Virus record (IMG/VR): IMGVR_UViG_3300005326_000040
Coordinates: 192,001-256,000 of that record
Origin: a virus
Lineage: Duplodnaviria; Caudoviricetes
Reading direction: 5' to 3' (one strand)
Length of the DNA: 64,000 nt
The notes beneath the pieces were generated by a model that saw only the letters and a program-made list of their open reading frames with translations, searched no databases and was not told where the DNA came from. Of the stretch, positions 37,597 through 45,484 are shown piece by piece. Position 1 is the first letter of the stretch. Each line of letters starts with the position of its first letter. The position numbers were made by a program, and so were the translations under genes.

Positions 37597-37728
37597 ATGA
37601 AGAAAACAAAACGAAGACGCCTGAAGCTTCCGTCGTCTGAAGTTCTGTATATGATGGCGATAGCACGCGCGGAGATTTTGAAAGAGATTCGGGACCGCGA
37701 GAAAGCTGACACGAGAATTGCTTTATGA
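37597..37728 (+). CDS. small basic protein (43 aa)
   Basis: MKKTKRRRLKLP...; fills the gap and overlaps the next ATG. Confidence 0.4.
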   Translation: MKKTKRRRLKLPSSEVLYMMAIARAEILKEIRDREKADTRIAL

Positions 37729-38114
37729 AAAATCCGCCCCATTATTCTAGTATGGTTTTGGATACCGACCCAAATTTTAGAAAATGTCTCCGCTGGATAA
37801 ATACTTATTCTGGCGGGAAGACATTTGGATCTTGTTCTGGACACCCAGAAAATACATACGAAAAAACAAAAGATAAACTCTTCCCACTTCTAAATGTTAG
37901 GTTTCCAAAGAAAGATGGGTTGGACAATATTAATGCCTTGGCTTCAATTTTTGTAAGCAAAGGTTTCTTACGAGCGTATATTGTGGATGAGGAACATAGA
38001 TTTCTTGCTAAGAAATTTCCAGGAAGTATTGGGCTGACACTTCATCTTAAGTATGAAGTGAAAGACAACTGGGATAAAGTGCTGGCTGTGTTGGAAGAAA
38101 TTGTTGCGGATTAG
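37725..38114 (+). CDS. hypothetical protein
   Basis: 129 aa; TFGSCSGH motif. Confidence 0.6.
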   Translation: MKNPPHYSSMVLDTDPNFRKCLRWINTYSGGKTFGSCSGHPENTYEKTKDKLFPLLNVRFPKKDGLDNINALASIFVSKGFLRAYIVDEEHRFLAKKFPGSIGLTLHLKYEVKDNWDKVLAVLEEIVAD

Positions 38115-38116
38115 TT

Positions 38117-38797
38117 TCAGCTAATTACTCGGCACGAATCTTTTACAGTTTGCGCAATAGCATCCCATTGCGATTCTTCCGTGATATCAAAATCGAAAGG
38201 AATTCGACAAATGCGAGCTGCATGAGCCCAAGGAAGAAGAGCTTGCTCAGCTTCTCGTAACAATTCTACATAGCCTGTTCGTAGATCTTTTAGGTATTCA
38301 AGCGGAACACTAGACTCCGCATTCCTGTTGCGTTTTTTCATGCGATTGAAAGCGGTTTCAGGCTGGACATCGAGGTAGATTAGTAGCGTTGGTGGAAGAA
38401 GACTTCGACACATTATGTTGTAACATATTTCATATGTCTCCCAATCTAATTGTTCAATGTGGCCCGCATCTCGAAGCATTTTAGCAAAAACTCTGTCACC
38501 AGGCAGCGACCGATCAATGACGGCGCCTGAGAAGCCACCTACTCCAGTAGCCTCATATGACGCAAGCTGTTGCATGGAATAACGCTGGTGAAGTAAAAAG
38601 ATTTGCATTGGGAACGCCCATTTTTTGGGGTCCTTATAGAATTTTTCTAGATAAGGATTCTCAATTCCTTCTCCGTTTCCAACAGGCTCCTCTAATAGTC
38701 GTAAATTCAGTCTTGAAGCTATTTTTTTGCTAAACGTGCTTTTCCCGCAGGCTATGATTCCTTCGACAACAATTAGTGGCTTGAAAATGTTTGGCAT
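38117..38797 (-). CDS. deoxynucleoside kinase (dNK family)
   Basis: VEGIIACGKST P-loop, LEEP, DRS...DRVFA, YLDVQPE...R; ATG 38797 chosen. Confidence 0.9.
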   Translation of the reverse strand: MPNIFKPLIVVEGIIACGKSTFSKKIASRLNLRLLEEPVGNGEGIENPYLEKFYKDPKKWAFPMQIFLLHQRYSMQQLASYEATGVGGFSGAVIDRSLPGDRVFAKMLRDAGHIEQLDWETYEICYNIMCRSLLPPTLLIYLDVQPETAFNRMKKRNRNAESSVPLEYLKDLRTGYVELLREAEQALLPWAHAARICRIPFDFDITEESQWDAIAQTVKDSCRVIS

Positions 38798-38914
38798 ATT
38801 TTGATACCTTTTGTTGGGGTGTGTTTGGATATATAACGCTCTGAAACATACGCGACGAATAAAAACTACTAATACTGATGTATTTTTGCACAACCACAAC
38901 AAGTGGAGTATATA

Positions 38915-38997
38915 GGACAAGATGCTTAGCGTAAGCACAGCAACAGATGGACGCAGATTGGAGGGACAAATTAGTTCCTCTAGGCGTCTCCTTGCCC
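38915..38997 (+). ncRNA. putative structured RNA/leader ahead of tRNA cluster 1
   Basis: Closing stem GGACAAG/CTTGCCC encloses hairpins TGCTTA/TAAGCA and GGACGC..TTGGAGGGAC/GTTCCTCTAG..GCGTCT. Confidence 0.45.
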
Positions 38998-39036
38998 TTG
39001 AATTATCGTATTAAAGCTTCACCAAATTTCGATTTA

Positions 39037-39119
39037 GGTGGAGTGTGTGAGTGGTTAAAACAGCTTGACTGTAAATCAGGTCCCTTCGGGGTTCGTCGGT
39101 TCAAATCCGGCCTCCACCA
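39037..39119 (+). tRNA. tRNA-Tyr(GTA)
   Basis: Acceptor GGTGGAG/CTCCACC, anticodon loop CT-GTA-AA, long variable arm, TTCAAAT T-loop; no encoded CCA. Confidence 0.93.
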
Positions 39120-39135
39120 CAAAGGAAAATTTTAT

Positions 39136-39277
39136 AGGTCGTTGGTCGAGTGGTCGAAGACGCCTCACGGTGAGTGGGGAGTGGCACGGTTTCCGGAAGC
39201 CGAACAGAAACAGTCTGGATGTTCGCGCGAACAAAAAGATTGTTGCCACCTCATTGGTTCAAATCCAGTACGGCCTA
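39136..39277 (+). ncRNA. tRNA-like RNA with a 73-nt variable-arm insertion and an atypical anticodon loop
   Basis: Acceptor AGGTCGT/ACGGCCT, class II D arm, stem CCTCA/TGGGG with loop CGGTGAG, T arm ATTGG-TTCAAAT-CCAGT. Confidence 0.75.
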
Positions 39278-39288
39278 CTATTAAATTA

Positions 39289-39365
39289 GGGACGGTAGCT
39301 CAGTTGGTTAGAGCGTTTGCCTGATAAGCAAAAGGTCGGCAGTCCGATTCTGCCTCGTCCCACCA
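39289..39365 (+). tRNA. tRNA-Ile(GAT)
   Basis: GGGACGG/TCGTCCC, loop CT-GAT-AA, encoded CCA; T-loop TCCGATT is non-canonical. Confidence 0.9.
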
Positions 39366-39382
39366 TAAGAAAGTAAAACAAT

Positions 39383-39739
39383 ATGTCATGTGGAAGATTT
39401 AGCGGCCCTACCGCAATGCATTGTGAAGATTGTGATTATTATGGGTCGGATAAATGTCCAGCCCACGTTTCTTTATTAGAGGAATTGAAAAAGAGTAGGG
39501 ATGATAAAAAGAAGAAATGTCCTGGAAAGTGTTATTGCGGGAAAGATTGTATTGTAAATCACGAAAAGGTAGCAGAGCGATGTCACTGTGACGGCATTCA
39601 TAATATGTGTCGTGGAACATGTGAAAAGCATAATAAAGCATGTGTGTGCATCGCTAGACATAAAGGGAATTGTGACTGTCTTCAGTGCTTTTTGGGCGAC
39701 GGAGCGGTTGATCATTTGAAGAAGTTAGGTAAGTTCTAA
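39383..39739 (+). CDS. very Cys/His-rich hypothetical protein
   Basis: About 17 Cys in 118 aa. Confidence 0.6.
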   Translation: MSCGRFSGPTAMHCEDCDYYGSDKCPAHVSLLEELKKSRDDKKKKCPGKCYCGKDCIVNHEKVAERCHCDGIHNMCRGTCEKHNKACVCIARHKGNCDCLQCFLGDGAVDHLKKLGKF

Positions 39740-40338
39740 TGATGATACTTACATATGTTGGCTACACGCTTCTTGGTTTGGTAGTCTTTGTTCTTTACAG
39801 TATTCTTGGAAATGTTCTTGCTAGAGCTTATTTGAAAGCCGCCTTAGATTTGGCGGGCGTAAAGAGAAATGTATTTACATTTGTTTGTTATCCTATAATT
39901 ACTCTTTTTGAATCTGATAATGCAATTTATGAACGCATAAAATTTGCAAATTCAGAAAGTGCGTTTTTTATTTCTAAAGCTAAGTTGCCTGAAAAGATAA
40001 GCCATATTGGTAATGACCCAATAAAAGTTGAAGACGCAAACAATAAATATCGTGGATTCATGACGTTTCTTTGGCCTGTTGTGGTGGTACAAAGTTTACT
40101 AGGGATTACTGTGATAACTGCTGGCGCACCTGTAGTTGGTGTAATTGCTGGCGTTGTTTATGGCTTAATCTATTTGTTCAAAGGCGTAGAAAAGATTGTG
40201 TGGTTTACGGGCAGGATACCAGAAATTCTTCCATATACTCCGGCTTATATTAAAAGTCTTTTTGCGCACAAGATTGTAGATAAAGAAAAACAAAACGAGC
40301 ATCCATACAGGTGTAGTAAGATACTAGGAAAGCAATAA
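39739..40338 (+). CDS. membrane protein, paralog of 32507-33142
   Basis: ...GNVLARAY; FLWP; HPYR. Confidence 0.75.
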   Translation: MMILTYVGYTLLGLVVFVLYSILGNVLARAYLKAALDLAGVKRNVFTFVCYPIITLFESDNAIYERIKFANSESAFFISKAKLPEKISHIGNDPIKVEDANNKYRGFMTFLWPVVVVQSLLGITVITAGAPVVGVIAGVVYGLIYLFKGVEKIVWFTGRIPEILPYTPAYIKSLFAHKIVDKEKQNEHPYRCSKILGKQ

Positions 40339-40343
40339 AATTA

Positions 40344-41144
40344 ATGAAGCCAGTAATTCTTTTTAGAGCGGGGTTAGCTGAAGAAGACGAGAAGATTGCT
40401 GCCAGGACATATTTCAAAGTTGTTAATCAAAGAGCGCAAATTAAACCGGGTGAGCTTGTTATCCCTAGGTATTCTGCTCTTCCATTTTTTCATGAGCTTG
40501 TCGTTGATGTAGACTACCTTGGAGGAAAGGTTATCAACAACGTCAGACAACATAATTTCATTGCCGACCTAGAAAATTGGTATGCTGTTCTTAGTGATGT
40601 AACGCCGAAGACTTGGTTTAGGTTTGAAGATATTCCTCCTGAAGAGGATGGGATGCCCTTTGTTCTTAAGGGAGCCACAAACTCTAAAAAGCACCAGTGG
40701 CTTACTCATATGTTTGCTCCTAACAGAACAGAGGCTGCAAAAATCTACTGGGAATTATCGCATGACGGGTTGATTTGTGATCAGAATGTTTATATCCGTA
40801 AGTTTGTAAAACTGAAGAAATTGCTGGATGGCATCAATGGAATGCCTGTCACAAACGAATGGCGAACGTTTGTGATGCATGGACATGTTTTAGCCTCAGG
40901 ATATTACTGGTCAAATTATTGGGATGATTTAGAAGAAAAGCCGCAAATGGATGAGGCTGCATACGCTCTTATCCAAAAAGTTATTGACAGGGTTGGGTAT
41001 GGTTCAAATTTCTATGTCATTGATATCGGTCAACTAGAAGATGGTTCATGGATTCTTATAGAGCTAAACGACGGAATGATGAGCGGATTATCAATGGTTG
41101 ACCCGGTTGAGTTATATAGAAATATGGCTGTTCTTTTAGCCTAG
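40344..41144 (+). CDS. ATP-grasp protein (R2K/DUF4343-like)
   Basis: PFVLKG, EWRTFV, YVIDIGQLEDGSWILIELNDG..SGL. Confidence 0.8.
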   Translation: MKPVILFRAGLAEEDEKIAARTYFKVVNQRAQIKPGELVIPRYSALPFFHELVVDVDYLGGKVINNVRQHNFIADLENWYAVLSDVTPKTWFRFEDIPPEEDGMPFVLKGATNSKKHQWLTHMFAPNRTEAAKIYWELSHDGLICDQNVYIRKFVKLKKLLDGINGMPVTNEWRTFVMHGHVLASGYYWSNYWDDLEEKPQMDEAAYALIQKVIDRVGYGSNFYVIDIGQLEDGSWILIELNDGMMSGLSMVDPVELYRNMAVLLA

Positions 41145-41154
41145 AAAGGGAAAC

Positions 41155-41478
41155 ATGTTAGTTACAATTGAACCGACAGATGAACGATATATTCAGGCGC
41201 CCGAGGGGCTGCGAGAATTTGTAGAGTACATGAATGAGTTACTTACCATTGACCGCTCTGCAATCAGTAGGCTTTTTGCTTATCGAGTAGGCTGTGTTCC
41301 TGAATTAGAGATGCATGGGAATGTGCAAGTGGCGACAGACGAAAGAGGAAAACTTACGGTGGCGCCCATTGGCATTATTGGTGGTTTTTTTAATGAGGGC
41401 ATTTATCGATTTGGTGTCAACATAGAAGATGATGACACGATTGTGTCCTTTATTATTGTTGCTGATATAGTTTCTTAA
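41155..41478 (+). CDS. hypothetical protein
   Basis: 107 aa. Confidence 0.65.
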   Translation: MLVTIEPTDERYIQAPEGLREFVEYMNELLTIDRSAISRLFAYRVGCVPELEMHGNVQVATDERGKLTVAPIGIIGGFFNEGIYRFGVNIEDDDTIVSFIIVADIVS

Positions 41479-41595
41479 AGAAATATATCGTGGAAATATT
41501 TGATCATTATCCTCTTTTGATCAGTTTTGTTTTGGCTGCGTCTTTGATTTTTGTGGCGTTATGGCTGGACCTTCGGGAGTTAAAGAAAAACAAAA

Positions 41596-41994
41596 ATGAA
41601 TAAACTTTTAAACTCGTTATTGCTTAAGATTTATGCATTTGACGAGAGTCAGGAAGAGCTTTCAACTGAAGATAATAAGCTTTTTTTGACGGTTGTTGGG
41701 TCGTTTTTTCGTTCTCGATTTCGCTCTCGCAAACTTGAAGCAAAATGTTTTGAAAGAACTTTGTTCTTAGGCGCAGGAGATCATTCCATTGAAATGGTTT
41801 TAGATTTATATTCGAAAGTGTATGAAGCTATTTCCATAATGGGCGGGCTACAGCAACCAGAACATCCTGAATCAGCAGAGGCTGCGATTGCATGCGCTAA
41901 GCAACAGTTACGAGAAGAAAAACGTTTGCGCCAAATTGTGGGGGATATTGTGTCTGCATTTGGATATGACCCAACCACCCTGGAGGAAAAATGA
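41596..41994 (+). CDS. hypothetical protein
   Basis: 132 aa. Confidence 0.6.
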   Translation: MNKLLNSLLLKIYAFDESQEELSTEDNKLFLTVVGSFFRSRFRSRKLEAKCFERTLFLGAGDHSIEMVLDLYSKVYEAISIMGGLQQPEHPESAEAAIACAKQQLREEKRLRQIVGDIVSAFGYDPTTLEEK

Positions 41995-42290
41995 CTCCAG
42001 AAAAGATGAAAGAAGTAGTTAGGGCGTCAGCCACTTTAATTCATAAACTGTATGATCAATATGCGAAACCGCTCGATTCAGTGTGTTTAAGCGAAATGGG
42101 CTTTATGTTTGACTTATATCATCCAGAAGATGTCATGGGACATTTGCTTTGGATGTGTAACGAGATTGAAACAAAATTAGCCGACACTGATATGAGCAAA
42201 GCTGATAGGTGGCTTGGTTTTATTCAAGGCGTTTTGTGGAGCACAAGTTGCGCCACAATTGATGAGATGCGAGAAATGAATCGCGCGTAA
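41991..42290 (+). CDS. hypothetical phage protein
   Basis: HLLWMC...KADRWLGFIQGVLW motif. Confidence 0.7.
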   Translation: MTPEKMKEVVRASATLIHKLYDQYAKPLDSVCLSEMGFMFDLYHPEDVMGHLLWMCNEIETKLADTDMSKADRWLGFIQGVLWSTSCATIDEMREMNRA

Positions 42291-42307
42291 AAGTTTGGAG
42301 TTTCAGA

Positions 42308-43033
42308 ATGTTCAAGCTTCCCCTTGATATTTCGGTAAGGAAAAATACTGATGGCTCCTGGGTGGGCAAGAAAGCCTTTTTTAGCTACTGTATTAGGCTA
42401 AACAAAACGCCGTCATATAAGGAGCTTGGTAGTTTCGAGTTTTCTATTCCGTCTCAGTTTAATCACATTTATCTCTCTCAAGGTGATGAACATCTAACTT
42501 TTGCTGTTGCATCATTTCTGGCGGCTGTATGGATAAGTATACCTCCAATCATACCTAAAATGGCTGATAAGACTATTTTTTCATTAGCCGCACATGATGG
42601 TAATATTTGGTGGAAGTTTTTCACCGATCGAAATGGTTGGAGTAGTAAAACTCCAAAGTGGAAGAATGGTTACTTTCAGGTCGATGATTTTATTCTAGGC
42701 AAAAGTGAATGTTCTCATGTCTTGATTTCTGAAAAGGAAGTCGAAATACCTATGCCTGAAAAAGCTTACAAGGCTAAGGTAAAGTTAGAAGATTGGACAT
42801 GGAAACGTCCCAGGTGGTTTGCTCAAACGATACGGAAAACTGATATTGAGATGTTAGATGGAGAACAAATTCCTATTCCTGGGAAGGGAGATAATTCCTG
42901 GGATTGTGGAGATGATGCAATTTTTTCTCTTTTGACGCCCGCAAAGACAATTGAAGAAGGCATTGGGTTATTTGTTGCTGATGTCTTGAAAACAAGAATG
43001 AAGAGAATGGGTTCACATAGGTGGGAGAAATGA
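42308..43033 (+). CDS. hypothetical phage protein
   Basis: 241 aa; WTWKRPRW...PGKGDNSWDCGDD. Confidence 0.75.
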   Translation: MFKLPLDISVRKNTDGSWVGKKAFFSYCIRLNKTPSYKELGSFEFSIPSQFNHIYLSQGDEHLTFAVASFLAAVWISIPPIIPKMADKTIFSLAAHDGNIWWKFFTDRNGWSSKTPKWKNGYFQVDDFILGKSECSHVLISEKEVEIPMPEKAYKAKVKLEDWTWKRPRWFAQTIRKTDIEMLDGEQIPIPGKGDNSWDCGDDAIFSLLTPAKTIEEGIGLFVADVLKTRMKRMGSHRWEK

Positions 43034-43293
43034 TGTTTTTGAAACGTTGGTTGCGTATTTTGCGGGGCGAGAAGAGAGTTCCTTTAGATGAGCAAATTTG
43101 GTTATGCAAACGTGCCATGAGACGTACTGAAAAAGAAATTGAAGAAATGGATGATTATGCTTATCATAATGACGAGTGTTGTTCGGAATGTGCGTTTGGA
43201 CTAGGATACATTGAAACTGTTTATAAAGTAGAGCGCCAGCGAGCGTGGATCGAAGTTTTAGAAGAACGTAAAAGAAAACGACAGAAAAAGTAG
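43021..43293 (+). CDS. hypothetical protein
   Basis: 90 aa. Confidence 0.6.
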   Translation: MGEMMFLKRWLRILRGEKRVPLDEQIWLCKRAMRRTEKEIEEMDDYAYHNDECCSECAFGLGYIETVYKVERQRAWIEVLEERKRKRQKK

Positions 43294-43334
43294 ATTTCTA
43301 CTAATACTAGGTTATATACTAACAATGATGAAAA

Positions 43335-43430
43335 GGAGTAATTGGAGGTGCCCACGTCTGGTTCAACAGCTTAGCTGTTGCGACGTGTACCGCCATATTT
43401 CCTTTACCCGTTCCGTTGTCTAAGGTACAC
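43335..43430 (+). ncRNA. putative structured leader of tRNA-Phe
   Basis: Long hairpin TGGAGGTG..CACGTC..CAACAGC-TTA-GCTGTTG..GACGTG..TACCGCCA plus competing helices. Confidence 0.45.
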
Positions 43431-43502
43431 GGACGGGTAGCTGAGATGGATTAGCGCGATTTTGAAACAATCGAGACGCCAGATCGTTACTGGCCCTGTC
43501 CA
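43431..43502 (+). tRNA. tRNA-Phe(GAA)
   Basis: GGACGGG/CCTGTCC, CGATT-TT-GAA-AC-AATCG, T stem GCCAG/CTGGC with atypical loop ATCGTTA; no CCA. Confidence 0.8.
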
Positions 43503-44191
43503 CTGGTTGGCGGATATTTTCGAAGTCGTTTTCTAATCGCATTGTCAGAAACCCCTAGTTCTTTGGAAACCTGAAGATAGTTTGAGTTATCAACCATACT
43601 TTGTAATGTATTGCTGTCTGGCCACATTATCTTGGTATGTTTGTTTCTATTTAGTTTGTCTTTGCATTTCTTGCACCGGTAAGATTTCCTGGATATCTTG
43701 CAACCACAATCGGTACATCGTTTTGGCCTTGTTGTATATTGTCCACGACAGTATGTTGTTGTCTGAGAATGGCAATTGGGGCACAACAATCTCAAATTAC
43801 TAAGTTGATTGTTGGTTGTGTTTCCATCTTTGTGATCTAAATGAAGTGTTAACTTCTTGTTTTGCCATTGATTGATTCCACACTCAGAGCACTTGTCTTC
43901 TAGAACTTGTTCTTTGATGAGTCTGTTTTTGAGATGTGCGGTTGATGCATAAGTGCTGTTTTCAACTAATATTTCATTCAATGGTAACTTTTTCTTGAAA
44001 TTACCTGCATTGTTGTCTGGCATCCTGAGATGAGATACATCAATATTCAAGCGTCTAACATGTTTATCAATTGATTTGTAATTACCGGAATTGACACTAG
44101 AATACCCAAGCTTCCTTATAATTTCTGCTTTGGTGGTGCTTGTTTCAACAGCTCTGATAAGGTCTTTGTCTGTCCATGTACGATAACTCAT
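43487..44191 (-). CDS. free-standing HNH homing endonuclease with terminal HTH-like repeats
   Basis: CSECG...LHLDHKDG...NLRLLCPNCHSQT; GGAGG RBS before ATG 44191. Confidence 0.88.
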   Translation of the reverse strand: MSYRTWTDKDLIRAVETSTTKAEIIRKLGYSSVNSGNYKSIDKHVRRLNIDVSHLRMPDNNAGNFKKKLPLNEILVENSTYASTAHLKNRLIKEQVLEDKCSECGINQWQNKKLTLHLDHKDGNTTNNQLSNLRLLCPNCHSQTTTYCRGQYTTRPKRCTDCGCKISRKSYRCKKCKDKLNRNKHTKIMWPDSNTLQSMVDNSNYLQVSKELGVSDNAIRKRLRKYPPTSGQGQ

Positions 44192-44210
44192 TTGAACCTC
44201 CAACACCAAT

Positions 44211-44480
44211 GTGTCATCATTGATAGAGTGGTTCGAGTTGATATATAATCGGAGTGTAGATGCTCACCTTGAGCACTCTTGTAAGGAGCTTTTCATGAAC
44301 GAAAAAGTAAGATTCAATGAATCATGCCGAAGACTGTATGCTCATCAAGAACAACATAAGGAAGATAATTTTGATGTTGCTGTGTTTCTAATGCAATCAG
44401 TTTTGAAGACATTAGACGACGAATCAATCAAGAAAATAAGTGATGATATTGATCGTTGGTTGAAGAAATATTCAAAGTAA
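44211..44480 (+). CDS. hypothetical protein
   Basis: True start probably ATG 44296 after AAGGAG. Confidence 0.55.
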   Translation: MSSLIEWFELIYNRSVDAHLEHSCKELFMNEKVRFNESCRRLYAHQEQHKEDNFDVAVFLMQSVLKTLDDESIKKISDDIDRWLKKYSK

Positions 44481-44493
44481 GTTGACTTAAAAT

Positions 44494-44571
44494 GGTGGTG
44501 GTAGCCAAGAGGTCTAAGGCGCTGGATTGTGGCTCCAGTTATCGCGGGTTCAAATCCCGTCCATCACCCCA
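44494..44571 (+). tRNA. tRNA-His(GTG)
   Basis: G-1, GTGGTGG/CCATCAC, C73, loop TT-GTG-GC, encoded CCA. Confidence 0.95.
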
Positions 44572-44572
44572 T

Positions 44573-44645
44573 CTCCAATAGGTGTAACGGATTGCACGCT
44601 TGGCTACGGACTAAGAAGTTACAGGTTCGATTCCTGTATTGGAGG
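44573..44645 (+). tRNA. tRNA-Arg(ACG)
   Basis: CTCCAAT/ATTGGAG, loop CT-ACG-GA, ACAGG-TTCGATT-CCTGT; no CCA. Confidence 0.88.
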
Positions 44646-45425
44646 CTAGGTTGGAGAAAAGTTTCTTGTTCTAGTGACTCGTGTCATTCCAGGAGGAGCA
44701 TCATTTGCAAACCAAGTGGATGTGTTTTCTTGGTGCCATAGAAGCGCTGGGTCAACATTTATCAATTCAATTTCTGTTTCTCGGCAAGCTCGAAGCATAG
44801 CATAATCTGGAGGAACTTGTTTTCTTTGTTCTGCATTCAAGCCAGCCGTCATAGCTTTAAGTTTATGAGAAATTTTCACAGCCACATTGGAATGCATGAT
44901 ATGGCCCTGTGCTCCCATACCATCTGTAAAAGACGGCTTTGGAGAATGTAGGCTATATTTGTCAATTTGGATGCCAGCAGGAGTATAACAAAGAGGAAAA
45001 TATTCTTGTAGAAAGCAATCGTGCATACTAAGAACGATTTGTTTATTTAAAGCGGTTTCAGCTGCAACCAGTAGTCCATAGGCTTTTTTCAGCCAATCTC
45101 GTGTAAACAGAATATCATCCTCTAGTTCTACAACAATATCGCCATTAGCTGCTCCCCAATCTAATACGCGCGACATATTGTTGGTGCCAAGGTATTTGAT
45201 TCCGTTAAAGTCATCAAACGAATCAAGTTCTTCTTGGCTGCGCGCTATCAAACCAACTTGTGGAATAATGTTAGCTGATAAAGCGTCAGCAAAAACGGTT
45301 ATGTTTTCAGGAATTACAGTGTCATCGGAAGCAATAGCGGATATCAAAGTAGCCGGAAGAGGGTCGGGATTTCTTGGATAAGTGATAATACCAACTGATA
45401 TTTTGCGATCTGGAGGGATAAACAT
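44646..45425 (-). CDS. GT-A fold glycosyltransferase-like protein
   Basis: ISVGIITYPR; VELEDD (DxD-like); GAQG; LWH. Confidence 0.65.
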   Translation of the reverse strand: MFIPPDRKISVGIITYPRNPDPLPATLISAIASDDTVIPENITVFADALSANIIPQVGLIARSQEELDSFDDFNGIKYLGTNNMSRVLDWGAANGDIVVELEDDILFTRDWLKKAYGLLVAAETALNKQIVLSMHDCFLQEYFPLCYTPAGIQIDKYSLHSPKPSFTDGMGAQGHIMHSNVAVKISHKLKAMTAGLNAEQRKQVPPDYAMLRACRETEIELINVDPALLWHQENTSTWFANDAPPGMTRVTRTRNFSPT

Positions 45426-45484
45426 GATGAAGTATATATCGTAAACCGTCTGGATAATGGCTATCTATTTTTTATCATCAATAT

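Noticed and set aside
39136-39277. tmRNA, intron-containing tRNA or tRNA-Sec
   Set aside because: It is too short for tmRNA and has no tag ORF. The insertion lies 3' of an intact anticodon stem rather than in the loop and has no group I core. There is no TCA anticodon.
38947-39324. ORFs 38947-39324 and 39065-39289 in the ORF track
   Set aside because: They overlap three tRNA or tRNA-like genes and are chance open frames.
44529-44741. ORF 44529-44741
   Set aside because: It overlaps tRNA-His and tRNA-Arg.
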